Below the pieces are notes generated by a model. That model made no database searches. It saw nothing but the letters and a program-made list of their open reading frames with translations, and was not told where the DNA came from. A stretch of 64,000 nucleotides of DNA from the human T2T-CHM13v2.0 reference genome, Homo sapiens: the NCBI RefSeq assembly GCF_009914755.1, contig NC_060926.1; one strand, given 5' to 3'. Position 1 is the stretch's first letter. Every line of letters starts with the position of its first letter. Positions 63,251-64,000 of this stretch are shown piece after piece. Both the position numbers and the translations under genes were made by a program.

Positions 63251-63694
63251 GACCGAAACCAGAGGGTTGTCCACCCCGGGCATCTCATCCCTCAACTGTA
63301 AAATAATCGCTAAGGATTCCTTCCTGACTTTGAGCCTCACGTTGTCATGTGTGTTCAGCCTGCTGGCCACATCCTCCGGCAACACGCCCGGGCAGGAGGC
63401 GAGTCGGATACTTACACACCCAACGAAAGAGAAAATCTGGCTCCGGTGTCACATAGGGACAGAGAAGGGAGAGGAGGAAACAGTGGACAAAGTTAATGGG
63501 CCCAGTGGAGTTAGGGTGAAGAGAATTTGGAAAATAATTTGGAAGTGACAAGCTTAAGAAGAATCAAAGGTAATTCCAAGACTGGAAATGTGCAGCATCA
63601 GGAAATCAATGGTGCTGTGGATGATGAAAGGGAAATTGGGAAGACTGGAGCAAAATTAACTGTATAGGCAAAACTAAATGTTATACCTAGAGAG

Positions 63695-63700
63695 AATAAA
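63695..63700 (+). terminator. Probable TLX2 poly(A) signal
   Basis: First AATAAA I found downstream of the TLX2 stop. Confidence 0.55.
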
Positions 63701-63910
63701 TCCTGGAGAAGTGCCTTTGAGGGAGATCAGCTGACATCCACATAGAGGTGGACCTAGATAGAATGAATGAGAACAGATAGAATCTCTGAGGGAGGGAACT
63801 CTTGAGGAGAAAAGCAGAGTTCTAAGGACTAAACCTTTCCACCAAATTCGACAACCACCTTTGCAATGTGCAAGATGATGGAGAATACCTAAGTCAATAG
63901 TCCAAGGGCA

Positions 63911-64000
63911 GGCAGGGCACGGTGGCTCACGCCTGTAATCCCAGCACTTTGGGCCGAGGCGGGAGGATCACAAGGTCAGGAGATCGAGACCATCCTGGCT
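63911..64000 (+). mobile_element. Alu 5' end cut by the window edge
   Basis: gggcacggtggctcacgcctgtaatcccagcactttg... Confidence 0.9.

Overview
Human genomic DNA from the gene-dense 2p13.1 region. Nine spliced protein-coding genes were reconstructed exon by exon from GT-AG boundaries, and each gives an uninterrupted ORF: INO80B(+), WBP1(+), MOGS(-), MRPL53(-), CCDC142(-), TTC31(+), LBX2(-), PCGF1(-) and TLX2(+). The window also holds the probable lncRNA LBX2-AS1, about nine CpG islands, roughly 50 Alu copies or fragments, and older L2/MIR/L1M/hAT remnants. Several residues (MOGS N239 and S293, MRPL53 S4, TTC31 V28, LBX2 F158) differ from the canonical proteins as I recall them, which suggests a non-reference haplotype. 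I found no new protein family or RNA gene. The best leads concern RNA processing and translation: a splice donor inside the INO80B stop codon next to a weak poly(A) signal, chained uORFs and an in-frame cassette exon in WBP1, an LBX2 isoform lacking eh1 that overlaps the antisense RNA, back-to-back poly(A) signals at the PCGF1 3' end, an Alu whose target-site duplication (TSD) copied a branch point, and a nested insertion containing an apparently retrotransposed LTR fragment. Gene names and repeat families come from recall, not database searches.
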